Source: Trichoplax adhaerens (taxonomy: Eukaryota > Animalia > Placozoa). Taken from it: a stretch of 64,000 nucleotides of DNA. Positions 51,679-64,000 of this stretch are shown here, one piece after another; position 1 is the first letter of the stretch, and every line of letters starts with the position of its first letter. Made by a program: the position numbers and the translations under genes. Where the stretch lies: NCBI RefSeq assembly GCF_000150275.1, contig NW_002060948.1, positions 2,596,180 through 2,660,179 of the forward strand, in the 5' to 3' direction. The notes under the pieces are model-generated. The model was given only the letters and a program-made list of their open reading frames with translations. It was not told where the DNA came from and did no database searches.

Positions 51679-52832
51679 TGATTAAGTAGATAGGAAAAGC
51701 ACAGGTTTTGCCTGAACGTATTAGTCATAAACTCTAATAATAGTTTATCATTAAACGGGTACTATTGGAAATATTTCATCCATGATTAAGCAGACAGGAA
51801 AAGTAGAGATTCAGCCTGAATACGCTAGCTAATAAATTTCAACAGTAATTTGTAGTACAACCACCGTATTAAAAACTTTCCCATTAACGCTACAGGCAAA
51901 GCGAGAAGCAGGGATTTTGTCGGAACATGTTGGTATTAAACTCTAATTGCAGTTCACTATAGTTACGCGTAACTATTAAAGATGTTTAATTACTTATTAC
52001 AATAAGTTATTGAACATCTCCTATAATTATAAGTAAGCGGATAAAAAAGTAACGACTCAGACTTCATACTGTACGTTAGTTAATCAATTCCAATAGTAAT
52101 TTATGATAGTGACGTGTAACTACAATGTTAGAGACATTTGTTTAATAATCAAATTAATCGTATAGGAAAACTTAATGATTCAATCTGAATATACTAACTA
52201 ATGAAAGTCAACCAGTCGTTGATGACTATATGCGAATAAGTAGCAATAAGAGATATCCCATTAATGTCTGGGTGAAAAAGAAAAATGAAGATTTAATCTG
52301 AATATACTGGATTAGCGGTCAGCTCCGACAATATTTCAAGCTTGCACGCATAAATATTCCAGATATTCCATTTATGATTTGAGCGGGGCAAGTTGAGAGA
52401 TCTATTTTAAGCCTGCACGCGTAAATATTCCAGATATTCCATTTATGATTTAAGCAGGGCAAGTTGAGAGATCTATACGCTTATAGTATGCTCTAGTATG
52501 CTGTAATTAATTCAGGTACTCTTTGTACCAGCCACTGATCTACGATACTAATGAATAGCAGACATGTACAAATTCGTATTCTGTATAATATACAGTGTAT
52601 ATTGCTCGGTGACCAAAATAAACAGTCACGCCCGTAACCTTCTTTTCTTTATAAGGCAATCGAAAAGTTCATAGTACTGTAGAACTAGCAATAAGAGGTA
52701 GACACGTATATCTTCTTCATGCCTGTGTAAACAAGAAAAGTCAAGATTTAGTCTGAATCTATCAGCTCCAACAATATTTCAAGTTTATCTATTCGTCATA
52801 TTACAGATAATCCATTGATGATTTAAGCAGGA
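51679..52832. repeat. Degenerate tandem array (~100-140-bp units), including a recent 71-bp duplication at 52338-52476
   Basis: A core resembling GATTAAGYAGAYAGGAAAAG...GATTYARYCTGAA recurs near 51680, 51784, 51890, 52030, 52153, 52275 and 52730. Confidence 0.7.
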
Positions 52833-53583
52833 CGCAATGAATTGCATTTCCGCATTTATTAATTATCAGTAGTAAAAAAAGGAATAGCAGTTTTAGTAGA
52901 TGAATCCAGGTATGCTCATCCTAATCCTGTACACTTGTACAGTAATAAGGCATCATAGAAACAATTAAAGTAGCGATTAGTTTCTTTTGCACAGGATTAT
53001 ACCGTACTTTTAATTCACAAACTTACAACAAGTTTCTCCTCGCAGTACAGAATATCTGTTCCAATTTTTAGCAGCGGAAAGCAAGGTGTGCAAAATGAGT
53101 TGTCACCATCTTTACTGATATTCGATTAGCATTGACAGCATGAAACCATAGAAACAAGATCATTCATTTTGCACATGATCGCTTTCTAGAGTACAGTACT
53201 GGAGAACGCTGACAATAAGGACTATGTGGCTTATCAAACGCTACCTTGAATCTATATTGAAGCGATACAGTGGATAGGCATAGTCCGATCGAAAGCTAGA
53301 TTGCAAATTAGTGATCCTGTTAATTATCTAACTGCAGTCATATTCCCAGTCGAGGACTCATCACCCAAATGAGAAATTAGCATCTGGTAGCAGTTAATTA
53401 ATTAAAACTACTAGCAAAATCTTTACAACTAGGCAATCCTTTGGCTACAAAGCTTTCGATACTTGCTTGGTTTCAATTAATTGGATTAGCTCACTTTTAA
53501 GCGCGTATTTTCTACCAATTGACGTTATTAATCCGTCAACTAAATCTCCTGCGATAAAGTGTTGGGCAGATATTCACATCACC

Positions 53584-56500
53584 ATGTTTTCAATCCATTT
53601 AATCGTTGGAATATGCCAATTTATTTTAGGCATTGCCAATGTTGCCTTACTTATTACTGACTGGATTCATCTCTATTATCATGTGGGCAATTCACTCTTG
53701 CTAGGCAATGGCGTTACTGCAGTATCTGTAAGTTAATATATGGCCCAATGATCGATTTGATGCTGTTTTTAATGTTAGACTGTTCTTCACCGAGTAGCAC
53801 TGGATTGTTAATTTCTATTTTCACTTCAACACTTACCCTCCACAATTAAAATATAAAGACTCTAGATGAAATATCATTCCTCAAATTTTTTGCATAATCC
53901 ACTCCTTTACATGCTGCCCTATAGGTCAACGAAAGGTTGCAAAACCTGGCAAAGAATGATTTATATAGAGCTTTATATTTTGATCACTAAGAATTAATTA
54001 TGTCAGCTGAAAAGTAAAAATCGACCGTGGTCTACTACTGTAGACGGCCGGTACAGCCGGTCGAAAAGAAGCCCTGATAGTAGTTGAAGACTTATCATTT
54101 CATCTACAAATCATAAAATCTTATGGCTTTGTCTACCGATCTTGATTCTATTGCCTCTAGAATTAATGACAATGACGGGCAAGATATACTTTTAGGCTAT
54201 TTTGATTCGCCATTCTATAACGTTTTAGCATCCTGTGTAAAGGAGGACGCTTTACCACTCAAAATGGCAAGCAGTTGGACGTAATTGATTGCAGTTAAAG
54301 CGCAGTTACATTGATCTAACATTGTCTGTGTCAATTCTTCCCATCGATCATGACCATACATTGCTGCATATACTCCGTAACTGCCCAATGTCGAGTATTC
54401 TCGAAACATAATTTTTAAAGGATGATAGTTTACTCTATTCACATCAATAAGGAAGATAAATAGATTTAAAGTAGACCCAATGACAGTATACGGAAGTACA
54501 CGACTCATATGCGAACTCGTAAAATACAAGATATTGCAAGCGTACTGTCATCATCGAGACTCATCTTGATATTAAAAAGTTCTTATCGTAGTCTATTCAT
54601 CACCAATTAAGATTAACAGCAGTGGCGAATGTTTTAACGTTTTTATCCTATTCTAATTTTCCAGCATACAAAACGTATTTCAGTGCTATATTTGATGAAA
54701 ATGGACTACTGTAGATTAAAATTCCTCTTGCTGTACAATCCACATATTATATACAACTACCTCGCAATTATAGCCTATTCGTATGCATCTGCACCGATTG
54801 TAGCTAGAAAATGTTGCAGTTTATTAATCTACGTGATATCTCAATTAGTAATAATACTGTAGAACGGTCGATTAGATTACCTTCATACCCTATCGTTTAT
54901 CTTCCACCTTCCATGATATAGATGAATAGGTTAAAAACATACAACAATTTGTATCGCTGTCGTAGACATATGAATATTGACTGAAGATGGAAATGGAAAA
55001 GTCAATGTCACCGTCGATTAGTCGAGTGGATACCGCAACTTACATCGCTATGTCGATATTGTAGATAGAAAGTAGCACACTCATGCCGTAACTGAATCTT
55101 TCAGTAATTTTCTAACTTACAGTACTACCGCAAGTGAAATGATCGGATACGTTAGAAAGCGGATAGCATGAATTATCTTTGAATCGCAGATATCGACGAG
55201 ATCGATTATAGCTAGGAAGTAAAAATATCGCTGATCGACATAATATCTCAACTAGCATCAGTGCAGTCATAAACAGACACACGCGTATATCTTATTTTAT
55301 CATTTTTAGTATTCTACAAAATGATATTCTACACATTCTTCCTCTACTGATAGACTAGACAGATAGATAGATTTGACCCAAAATTCCAGCTTAATTGATT
55401 CGTAATTGTAAAAGACCCATTTACAGGCAGAAATGAAAAAGCACATATCGTAGTCTGTTGATCTAGATGATATCACTTTCACAACGAGCATCAAGAATGC
55501 CTTATGCTGTATTCTACTCTACTCTTCTAATCGTATTCTACAGTATTTTTATCACTGTAAATAAAGCAGACGAATTCGTTAAAAGAACAAACAGTGTTAG
55601 TCTTATCGTAATCATGGACATTGACTATTTCATAGAGAGAAAACTAAAAATGGTAAAACCCATGTCATAATCTGTTGATCTCGATCATATTATCACTAGT
55701 ATCAGAAGGATGGTAAATTGACTTTTTGTTTAATCTTCAGATAATGTTACATTACTAATTATAATAATAATGGATAGGATAAATCAAACTTGTATAACTA
55801 ATATACGTAGTGTAAAATTGTTACTGTTTCATTGATGGATGGTATCATGTTAGTGCTCAATAGAATGTATTAAATGAAGGATCAAAGCTAATATCCATTA
55901 GCGTGGCTTAAACTGAAAATTAAGTTGATATTAATATTCTCCTTTCTTTCTTTATTTATTTTCAGTTATTCTCTTCTTCCATCATCGCATTATGTTATTA
56001 CCGCACTAGCAACACCAAAATGGTAAGTAGATATCTAAATCTTAGATGGAGTAATTAATTAATTAACTTACCTGTTTAGTTTATTACTAAAAATTCGTAA
56101 TATGCAGCTCCCAAATGCGTAATAAATTATCTTGTGTAGCCAATTTGTTTGAATTATGTCTTTCCAGTCATGGCTACCATTACATATTCGGTTTAAAAAC
56201 AATAATTGCATTAAAACATTGTTCTATGCCATTTTATACCTCTAGTCTCGTCATCTATTGATATTTTGGTGTAATTGTTTTCGTTATTTATGTTAGTGAA
56301 TTTCACTTAATCACCATCCATGTTGAATCCTATCTCACCGTTAAATGTTAACAAGCTGTGTACTAAATCATGGTCAAACCTGACCAAATACTTTCTGCAT
56401 CGGCAGTGTTTCCGATAGCGATGCTAACTCCGAGCAAAACTTCCCTCGTAATTTTGGTCATGATTTACTTATTTAACTAAGAAATTTCTACAACAGTTTG

Positions 56501-59500
56501 CTCAGTATCTAAATTAAGACTGCTGCTGCACTTATACCGCATATCCTTCGAGTGTTTGTCGCTAGATAAAGGCTCAAAGCAACAATTGTAATTAAAATCA
56601 TTTCAGACCAGTAGCATTCATCGTTTAAACATTATCAGCATGAAATTCTCAAGTCGACAGCATGAAATATTTGAACAAAGGAAATTGCCAATCTTTCTTT
56701 AATGATCAAAATCCTGTTCTAATGTTGAGTATTATGCATACCAATACTAACTATAAATTTGATGAAGTAATATTAATGATGCATATACTCTGGATAAATA
56801 TCTAAAGTAAAATTAAGCCATTTTCGTCTTGTTAAACCTGTTGCCTTCAACATTAACATTAATTGCGATCTATGTGTATTATAACTGAGTAGTCTTTAAA
56901 TTGAAAAAAGAAATACCATCCTATCAGTCTTCGATACGAAGACGAGCATAACTATATCTTAATGAGTGGATATTGTCTAGGATACATCATATTGGATCGA
57001 ATGTACTATATTGATACAGATAATTATCTAATATTTACTATTTATATATCAGCATATTAATTTTATCTACAATATTACACTATTTAGCTACTAGGCGTGT
57101 TCACATTTTCCATGATGACTATTTGGTGCGCTCTTGTAGCTTTATTCCAGGTCTGCTACAGCTATATTCGAGTTAGCTACTTCTTTTTTGGAACTTCACG
57201 GGCTACAATCATCGCCTTTGCTTTTACTGTCCTTTTCCAAGTAATAAATATTTTCTCCAGTATTTTCATCGTGTTGAAGTATAAAAAATTCTTATACCAT
57301 CATAATGACGAACAAAGGCGTGAATCAATCGTAACTCACCCATTGGCTAGTAAGGCAAACAGTATCAGCTGTTTACTAGGAGGAACTTGCTCATTGCTTA
57401 TTGGAGTATTTACAATCATATTTTTTTATGGAATTTATGGTTCACCAAACTGCTACCTCGGCATTTGTGTAAGAAATATGATTAAATTTATTACGAAATG
57501 TTATTAATTTGATACTATCTACAGATATTAGAATTTTATATTAGACAGCAATTTGTATGCTCACAATTTATTCATGCTTTATCTATAACTTAAAAGACAC
57601 TTACGGTTGGAGCGCTAGGAATGTTTGCTCAAAGATGCCATAATCTACCTGCTCTGGTGAGTTTTTATTCAGCTACTTTATAGAAGTAGTAGTATTATTT
57701 GCTACTTTCATACCTGCATTACAGTATGTAATATTAGCTATCAGGATCAATTTAAGGTACGGTACTGGTATATGGAGTGTCATTGAATTTAGTTTTAATC
57801 ACTTTTTTATACTTTCTTAAATACAGGATCTTATTATCATGTTTATTTGTCGTTTTGGCATCTTAATAGCAATAACCAATATGGGTTTTGCTACGTACTA
57901 CTTTCACTTCATCTTCACTTTCCATGGATTGGAATATCTCATTGTCGGCAACCTTGTCGCTTATCTTTTCACGATGGCTTTCTCAATCTTTAATTTAATT
58001 TGTACAACCCTAATGTGTTACTCAGCGAGCTCAGAGAACAGAACAGTCGGCCTATTAACGATAACATTGCGCTCACCAGCAGTAAGCACTATAGCAAAAG
58101 TTGGCTATTTCAGCGGAATAGGACAATTCATTTGCTCAGCAAGTATCTTCGCTTGTACAATTGCCGCTTGCGTTATTTGGCGTGGTGATACATTCGCCAG
58201 TTTAGCTTTGATAGCGGCAATTTTGGTAAGCTACTAATACAATAAGTTTCTGTTAGTGTTAATGATATTAACGATAAATTCAACCATTAGATACTGTAGT
58301 ATGCTAATAATACTAATAATACCTACTTGCTATGGATTTGCATATATCGTATCTAATCAGATGTAATCGTTTAGTATATTCGGTAGAAGTTTATTAATAT
58401 CGTTTATCTTACTGTATTCCATGAATCGCCATTTGCCAGTAATAGCCTATGCATTATGATAATATATAATAATATGCATGTGTAAAAGATATGGCTAACT
58501 ATATAATTATTATCCATACAATATCAGAAAATCTTGAATCGTTTTTAATATAGAAAATGCTACTAGCATTATGTTAAATTTTAAAATCAACTTTCTTTGA
58601 AAGTCATCTCCTATGTATAATCTTTCGTGATGTTCATATATTTGTACTAAATAGTTTATCGTAACGGTTAATTTATGCACTGTATAGAAATTTTCACTAG
58701 ATACATATAATTATGGCCGCCTTGTTAGTAGCTTTAAATGCACGGTTAATCGTTGTAACACGTTACTATAATATTTACTACGAAAATGACAATCATTCAC
58801 TCCATAGAATACAGTAAAAGTGTCGTTTTCATTGCAGCTAATATTACAGGTCAAATCTAATTTACGACGAAAACGACAATCATTCACTCCATAAAAATAT
58901 AGTGAAAATGTTATTTTCATTACAGCTGATATCACAGGCCAAATCCTGTAAATCATAGCTTTTTGGCGCACTAGCGCAAACATACATAGAAAATGATTGT
59001 ATTGATATAATCTAAAGAGTCTTCGTTCTAAGAGATATTTATCGTCAATGGAGATGGCTGTCTGTTTCAAGGCTTATTTAAGCAGTTTTAGCGAATATCT
59101 ATTCTTACTAAACCGCCTAATTTTCTTATTACTATCAGGTTTTACTTTCTGCACAACTTGGAAATCATCTAGCTCTGGATCAATCGGAGGACTTTGTAAG
59201 ACGAATTTTTAATATTCATACTGCAACAGATGAGCTCGGATTAACACTGTAGTAATTATATAGGAAATCCTGTGTATAGTAATATGTTTTCACTTTATCT
59301 TGCAGATATTCATCTATTTTATGTCGAATATAAGTGGAAGCGTTTGCTGCGTAAACGCATTTGGATTAGCAATTTATGAAATTGTCGCTTTACAATTATC
59401 CCACTACAATCACAACGTCTTCATATTATTTATATTCATCATCTTGATACTAGCAGTAGCTATTGCTCTACATTTGAACAGCTTTGTGATAACGGGACGC

Positions 59501-59718
59501 GAGTTGAAAATATTCAGCGGCCGTGTATCTAATGTAAGTCCATTATTCTATTAGACTGATTAGTACTAATGCTTCAACTATAAAATATCTAATTTTGTCA
59601 TCTCTGAATTATATATTAATAGTACCGTGGACAACTACTTAACAACAATGACAACGATAACGATTCCAATGAAAGTTCAGAATCTGGTTTGGCTCCTAAT
59701 ACGGCAGTTAACGCATGA
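53584..59718 (+). CDS. Uncharacterised ~473-aa, ~12-TM protein made of three CD20/MS4A-like tetraspan modules
   Basis: Eight exons separated by phase-0 GT-AG introns: 53584-53727, 55966-56022, 57088-57468, 57597-57656, 57827-58225, 59139-59195, 59306-59533 and 59623-59718. The spliced ORF is open and shows a three-fold repeated hydrophobic pattern. The start codon is tentative and the family call is by eye. Confidence 0.75.
58774..58946. repeat. 87-bp tandem duplication in an intron of the 12-TM gene
   Basis: TTTAC.ACGAAAA.GACAATCATTCACTCCATA...TTTTCATT.CAGCT.ATAT.ACAGG.CAAATC occurs at 58774 and 58861. Confidence 0.9.
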
Positions 59719-60962
59719 GGAAACAGTTTTCTTCATGGAATTGTCATCAAGTAATTGATTTGAAACAAATGAAACCCTTGTAATACAGTACATAAACATT
59801 TATCGTAGTCCAGTCTGTAATATTGCATACGAGTATACCAGTACAGCATTATTTTACCTTGTACCTTCTAAGTGTTTTACACGTTATTATTATAGTACTC
59901 GAGTCATAGCTCTTCAATATAGGAAGTTTCCATTATTTTATCGACTTTAGATCAATTTATAGTTTTAACCCTTTCCCATAGAACTCCGTGTTAACTTTAT
60001 ACACTTTCGTAGAACTATGTTATAATTAAAGTATCATTTTAGTTTATGTAATTCTGCGTAACTTAAATTACTGTAATATTACGTGTACGTCAACTTAGTA
60101 AGCCAGTTACTTCTAAAGAACCTAGTTATTTGATAACATTACCTCTTCTAATTAATACAAATTTTACTAGACAACCTGGCACGTAAAAATACCTGTACAC
60201 GTATCACAAAAGTACAGTGCAATAATTGTACCCATCTAATTAGATAAGTATTGTATCGTAATTTACTTATTTGTTATATATCATACAATAAATTATTTAC
60301 CTTGTTAAGAAGTTTTTACCACTTGGCTGTGTTTCTTTTGTTCTGGCATTATGTGTATCACTAGGTCATCTTTCAGTCAATTATATTCTTAACTATATAC
60401 GCCTTATTGTACAATTAAGGAAGATAAAGCTTGCTAATCTAGATGTATTCTTACACTACGTATCAATGAGAGCATGAAGATGAAAGCTATATATAGCATA
60501 AACGCGCGATTAGTATACAAGTATATAAAAGCAACTCAGCTTTCTAATCACTATTCCTATCGCTAGTGTATGTACTGTACGTACTACTTTCGGAAATAAC
60601 TTCGATAATAAAATAGATCGACTATAAAAGTGCAAACGAGAAATTACCACCAACTCTAATATTTATCATCAAATTTATTTAGTTTAATTTGATGCCCAAT
60701 ACAAAATTATTTAGAAATACTTTTCCAGCTCGTATTAGCTCTGCTGTAAAGACAGCTGTAATAATAATATTAATTCATACTACTGGTACTGTCTGTATAC
60801 TAGAGAATCAACGTAAGCATAATATTTATTGTGATCATGCAAATGAGTTTACATCGTAAATAAAAGGCCAACATAATACACAAAATTTCTAAGAGTACAT
60901 ATTTTTTAAACTACAGCCAAAAATCGAATATCAGATTTTTGCAGATAAAAATATCTTTCCGC

Positions 60963-63900
60963 CTATTTACTTGTACCAAATAGCTCCTCATCGTCAAATT
61001 CATCCAAGTTAACATCCTATAAAAAACAATCATCCAAACACGTCAGCTATCGCATTAGATGTACGCATTAGATGTACGCATTAGATTTGTATAGTACTTT
61101 ACTATCTACTTACTGCTCCATCAATGTCATCGTCAATATCATTCAAGTCAATGTTGAAATCCTAATATATCAATATTATTAATTAATCATAGCATATTTA
61201 TGATTTACTGCAGAAACGTAACAATGTAATTGTATTAATAACCTCGGCATTATCCAACTCTTTATCTTCACCAGATTCTTCCATAGCGACTGATGGTTCA
61301 ATCCCATCTTCATCTGTATCGGTAGTGCCATTTCTACATGCATCTATTACTTCAGCAAGATTTACTTCTAGATTGCTCTGAAATAGGTAAAGATTTATAG
61401 CATTAATTCTTTCAGGTACAATAAATATTGTTTACTATTCAAATAAATGTAATATAACAGATCGATTACCTTGACTTTTGGATACTCCGATGCTGGAGAT
61501 AGTAAGCCGAGTTGCGGTTTTAAGATGCTTTCAATCTCAATACCTTGTGATAAGTCTGGAAATAAATTTTCATATTTCTCTGGGTCAGCGAGAGAATTCG
61601 CTGCTTTTTCATTCATTTTTCCTAAATCTTCTTGCCATAATTTTACAACTCTGTAAAATTGAAGGAGTACGGTAGAGTATTTATTAGTTTAAGTAGTAGC
61701 ACTAGAAATAACTTAATTACCATTACCGTGATACTTGGCTAGGTAGGTAAGCACGAGCGAAGAATGCAGCTTCCGGTAATCGGCCAGTAGAACATAATAA
61801 TTCCAGGCAAGCGTCCAACCTTTAGACATAACAATAACACATAAATTGCAGTAGATAGCAAGTAATAACAATACGGTATCAGAAGTATTTCTATTTCGTA
61901 GTGGAACAAATCGTGAAGAATGATACTCTTTTCATACCTGCCGAGCAGGAAACAAGAGACAAATGCTATATTTGTCTTATCATTCTTTTTAGACGTGCTA
62001 GCCAATCTTGATATCATATCAGCGTTTCCAGATGATGTAGCTAACAATAACAATCCGCCAAAATCACCGGACTCTTCAAGGCATTTCTCAGCCAAATCAA
62101 AAGCACCATTTTTCATACATTGTTCTGCTAAGCGTTTAAATTTCTGAGGTGACTAAAAGGCAAGTTAAAATCATAGTTTTATTAACGTATGATAGAGTCG
62201 TAAGAATATATAAGGTTATATTGGCAATACCTCAGCGTCTTTAGCAAACTGAAACGCTAAATTCCAGTTATCAGTACTAATGGCAAGGTCAAATCGGTGA
62301 TCAGGATCCGTAGATACTTGTAATGCTGTCTTTAAAAAGCCTTGTTTTTCAAGAAAGCGCGCAACTCTTGTCTTCTGATCCTCAGGTATAGTTGGTAATA
62401 CCCTATCCGCAGTGTCAAAATCTTTTCGCATAATCGCTGTCTGATATTCCATAACGGATAACGGCAACGAGTAACTAACAATATTTAAATCTTTATCACC
62501 AAGGTATAACCGATTATCTTTCGGTATATAGCCAAGTAGATACATAACCCTTTAAAAATACAGTTGACATAGATTAAACTTTTTTGAAGAAAAGCATACC
62601 TAATAGAAACCAGATTAACTCACCCATCCAAATGAGCAACAGTAACTATTTCTCCTCCAACGAAGTAATTTAATCTATTAACTGTAAAAGAAATTGTATT
62701 CACTTCTAACAACTGGTTATTAAACAATAAAGTACATTAAAAATAAATCAGATTTCTTTACTAACCTGAATTTGTGAAAATAAAGCTGTCGCCTACCCAT
62801 ATACCGGTTTTTACCACTTCTTGTACCTCAGTTAGAACCTAAACGAATAACCACAATTACTAAGATAATAATGAATATTGATTAAAGATGTCAATTGCCA
62901 TACGTCGAAGGCAGCTTCGATGCCATCTTCAGTGACGCTTTCATCATTCTCGGGTGTCTGAACTACAATTTCTTGATTGTATTTTAAAACAAAGAATGAC
63001 TCCTCGGTAGCAATACAACATAATTCACCACTATCTGACCAGGAGATCTAATTTAAAACAATTTACACACATTAAAATTTAACAAGTAACACATCCTAAA
63101 AGTAATGATACAACTATCGTCCACAACGAATATTTACTCTACATAGTTACAGATAATGTATGTTATACAGTACCGTTTTCGGTACAATTTCTATTCTTCG
63201 AACTAATCTAAGTGAATCCCACTCAAAAAATGTCAAGCTCGTTGACGACTTTACTCCTAGTAAGTAACCTCCGTAAATGCCTACAATAAAATAAGTACAT
63301 AAGTTAGGGAATTCAAATCTTTAAGCGCAAACGTAAAAGAAACTCTTCCTTTAACCTTCAGCTCCATAATCTGGCTTGAACGTTTGCTTTTCTTTAAAAT
63401 TCTTAAAAATTTTAACCTTTGACGTGCCTTCGCGAATAGCATATCTACATATACATATGCAACAAGGTTAGAAACTACTTTTGCTTTTACTATTCTGATA
63501 GTAGAGTATTTTGAATCATACTGAGATGAATCGGCAGCCCAGACAAATTCATTTGCACTTCCGTAACTTTTACTTCTTAAAGCCATAGCAGTGTATATAA
63601 TATATTCTCCATCGCCGCATATAACTACAAATCTATAAACGATACTCATAGTAAGTAATGCTATAATTAATACAGTATTAAAAAGTCAATAGGTCGAACC
63701 TGCCATTAGGGTTATGCGCGATCGTTTGTGGATACAATTCACAGCTGCCCATGTCCTTAACAGAAATAGGTAATCTCTCACCATCCTTTACGTTGATATC
63801 TGTCAAAGGAGTGCAACTTGGTCAAATAAAAAAAGTCATTTTAAACACATTAAAGCTGTAATGGGAGATGATTACCGCCAAGATTCTTAACATTTGCTTG

Positions 63901-63975
63901 TTGCAATTCGTTATGTTTTGCCCAAACAATTTTTCCATTACTATCCATACTTAAAGCAGGATCTTCACGTCCAAG
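60963..63975 (-). CDS. COPB2: Coatomer subunit beta' (3' part; the 5' part lies beyond the right edge)
   Basis: Motifs [88 protein letters not shown] and [13 protein letters not shown]. The acidic tail ends [13 protein letters not shown] with stop at 60963-60965. Confidence 0.96.
61051..61086. repeat. 13-bp unit (CGCATTAGATGTA) x ~2.8 in the last COPB2 intron
   Basis: Read directly: cgcattagatgta cgcattagatgta cgcattagat. Confidence 0.85.
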
Positions 63976-64000
63976 CTAAGGTATAGGACATTAAAATTTA

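Noticed and set aside
51679-52832. CRISPR-like repeat-spacer array
   Set aside because: The context is eukaryotic, no cas genes are present, the repeats are highly degenerate, and the spacers are homologous to one another.
54215-54529. 104-aa - strand ORF inside intron 1 of the 12-TM gene (possible nested gene or transposon remnant)
   Set aside because: It has a non-ATG start, no recognisable domain and no supporting exons or terminal repeats.

Overview
AT-rich, gene-dense, intron-rich animal genomic DNA. It is not prokaryotic: there are no CRISPR arrays, operons, rRNA or tRNA genes that I can recognise. The compact introns, low GC and conserved metazoan proteins suggest a placozoan such as Trichoplax (inference only). 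Manual splicing supports 11 protein-coding genes: WDR33 (-, runs off the left edge), LSG1 (+), UBE4B (-), dystrobrevin (+), ICMT (-), TMEM107 (+), an ABCG half-transporter (+), a small Polyhomeotic-like HD1+SAM protein (-), UGDH (+), an unrecognised ~473-aa ~12-TM protein (+), and COPB2 (-, runs off the right edge). Most notable observations: (1) the 12-TM gene is three CD20/MS4A-like tetraspan modules fused in one reading frame, each with its own 57-60-nt phase-0 exon; (2) a ~230-aa Polyhomeotic with HD1 and SAM but no visible FCS finger, whose HD1 exon is missed by the ORF track; (3) a self-complementary (TACWG)n motif clusters upstream of most genes, with long palindromes, and may be a promoter signature; (4) two minor-spliceosome (U12) introns, an AT-AC intron in LSG1 and a GT-AG intron in TMEM107; (5) several tandem arrays (21, 50, ~180 and ~105 bp) near gene 5' ends. 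Exon structures were inferred by eye from splice signals, frame and remembered homology; no database search was run.
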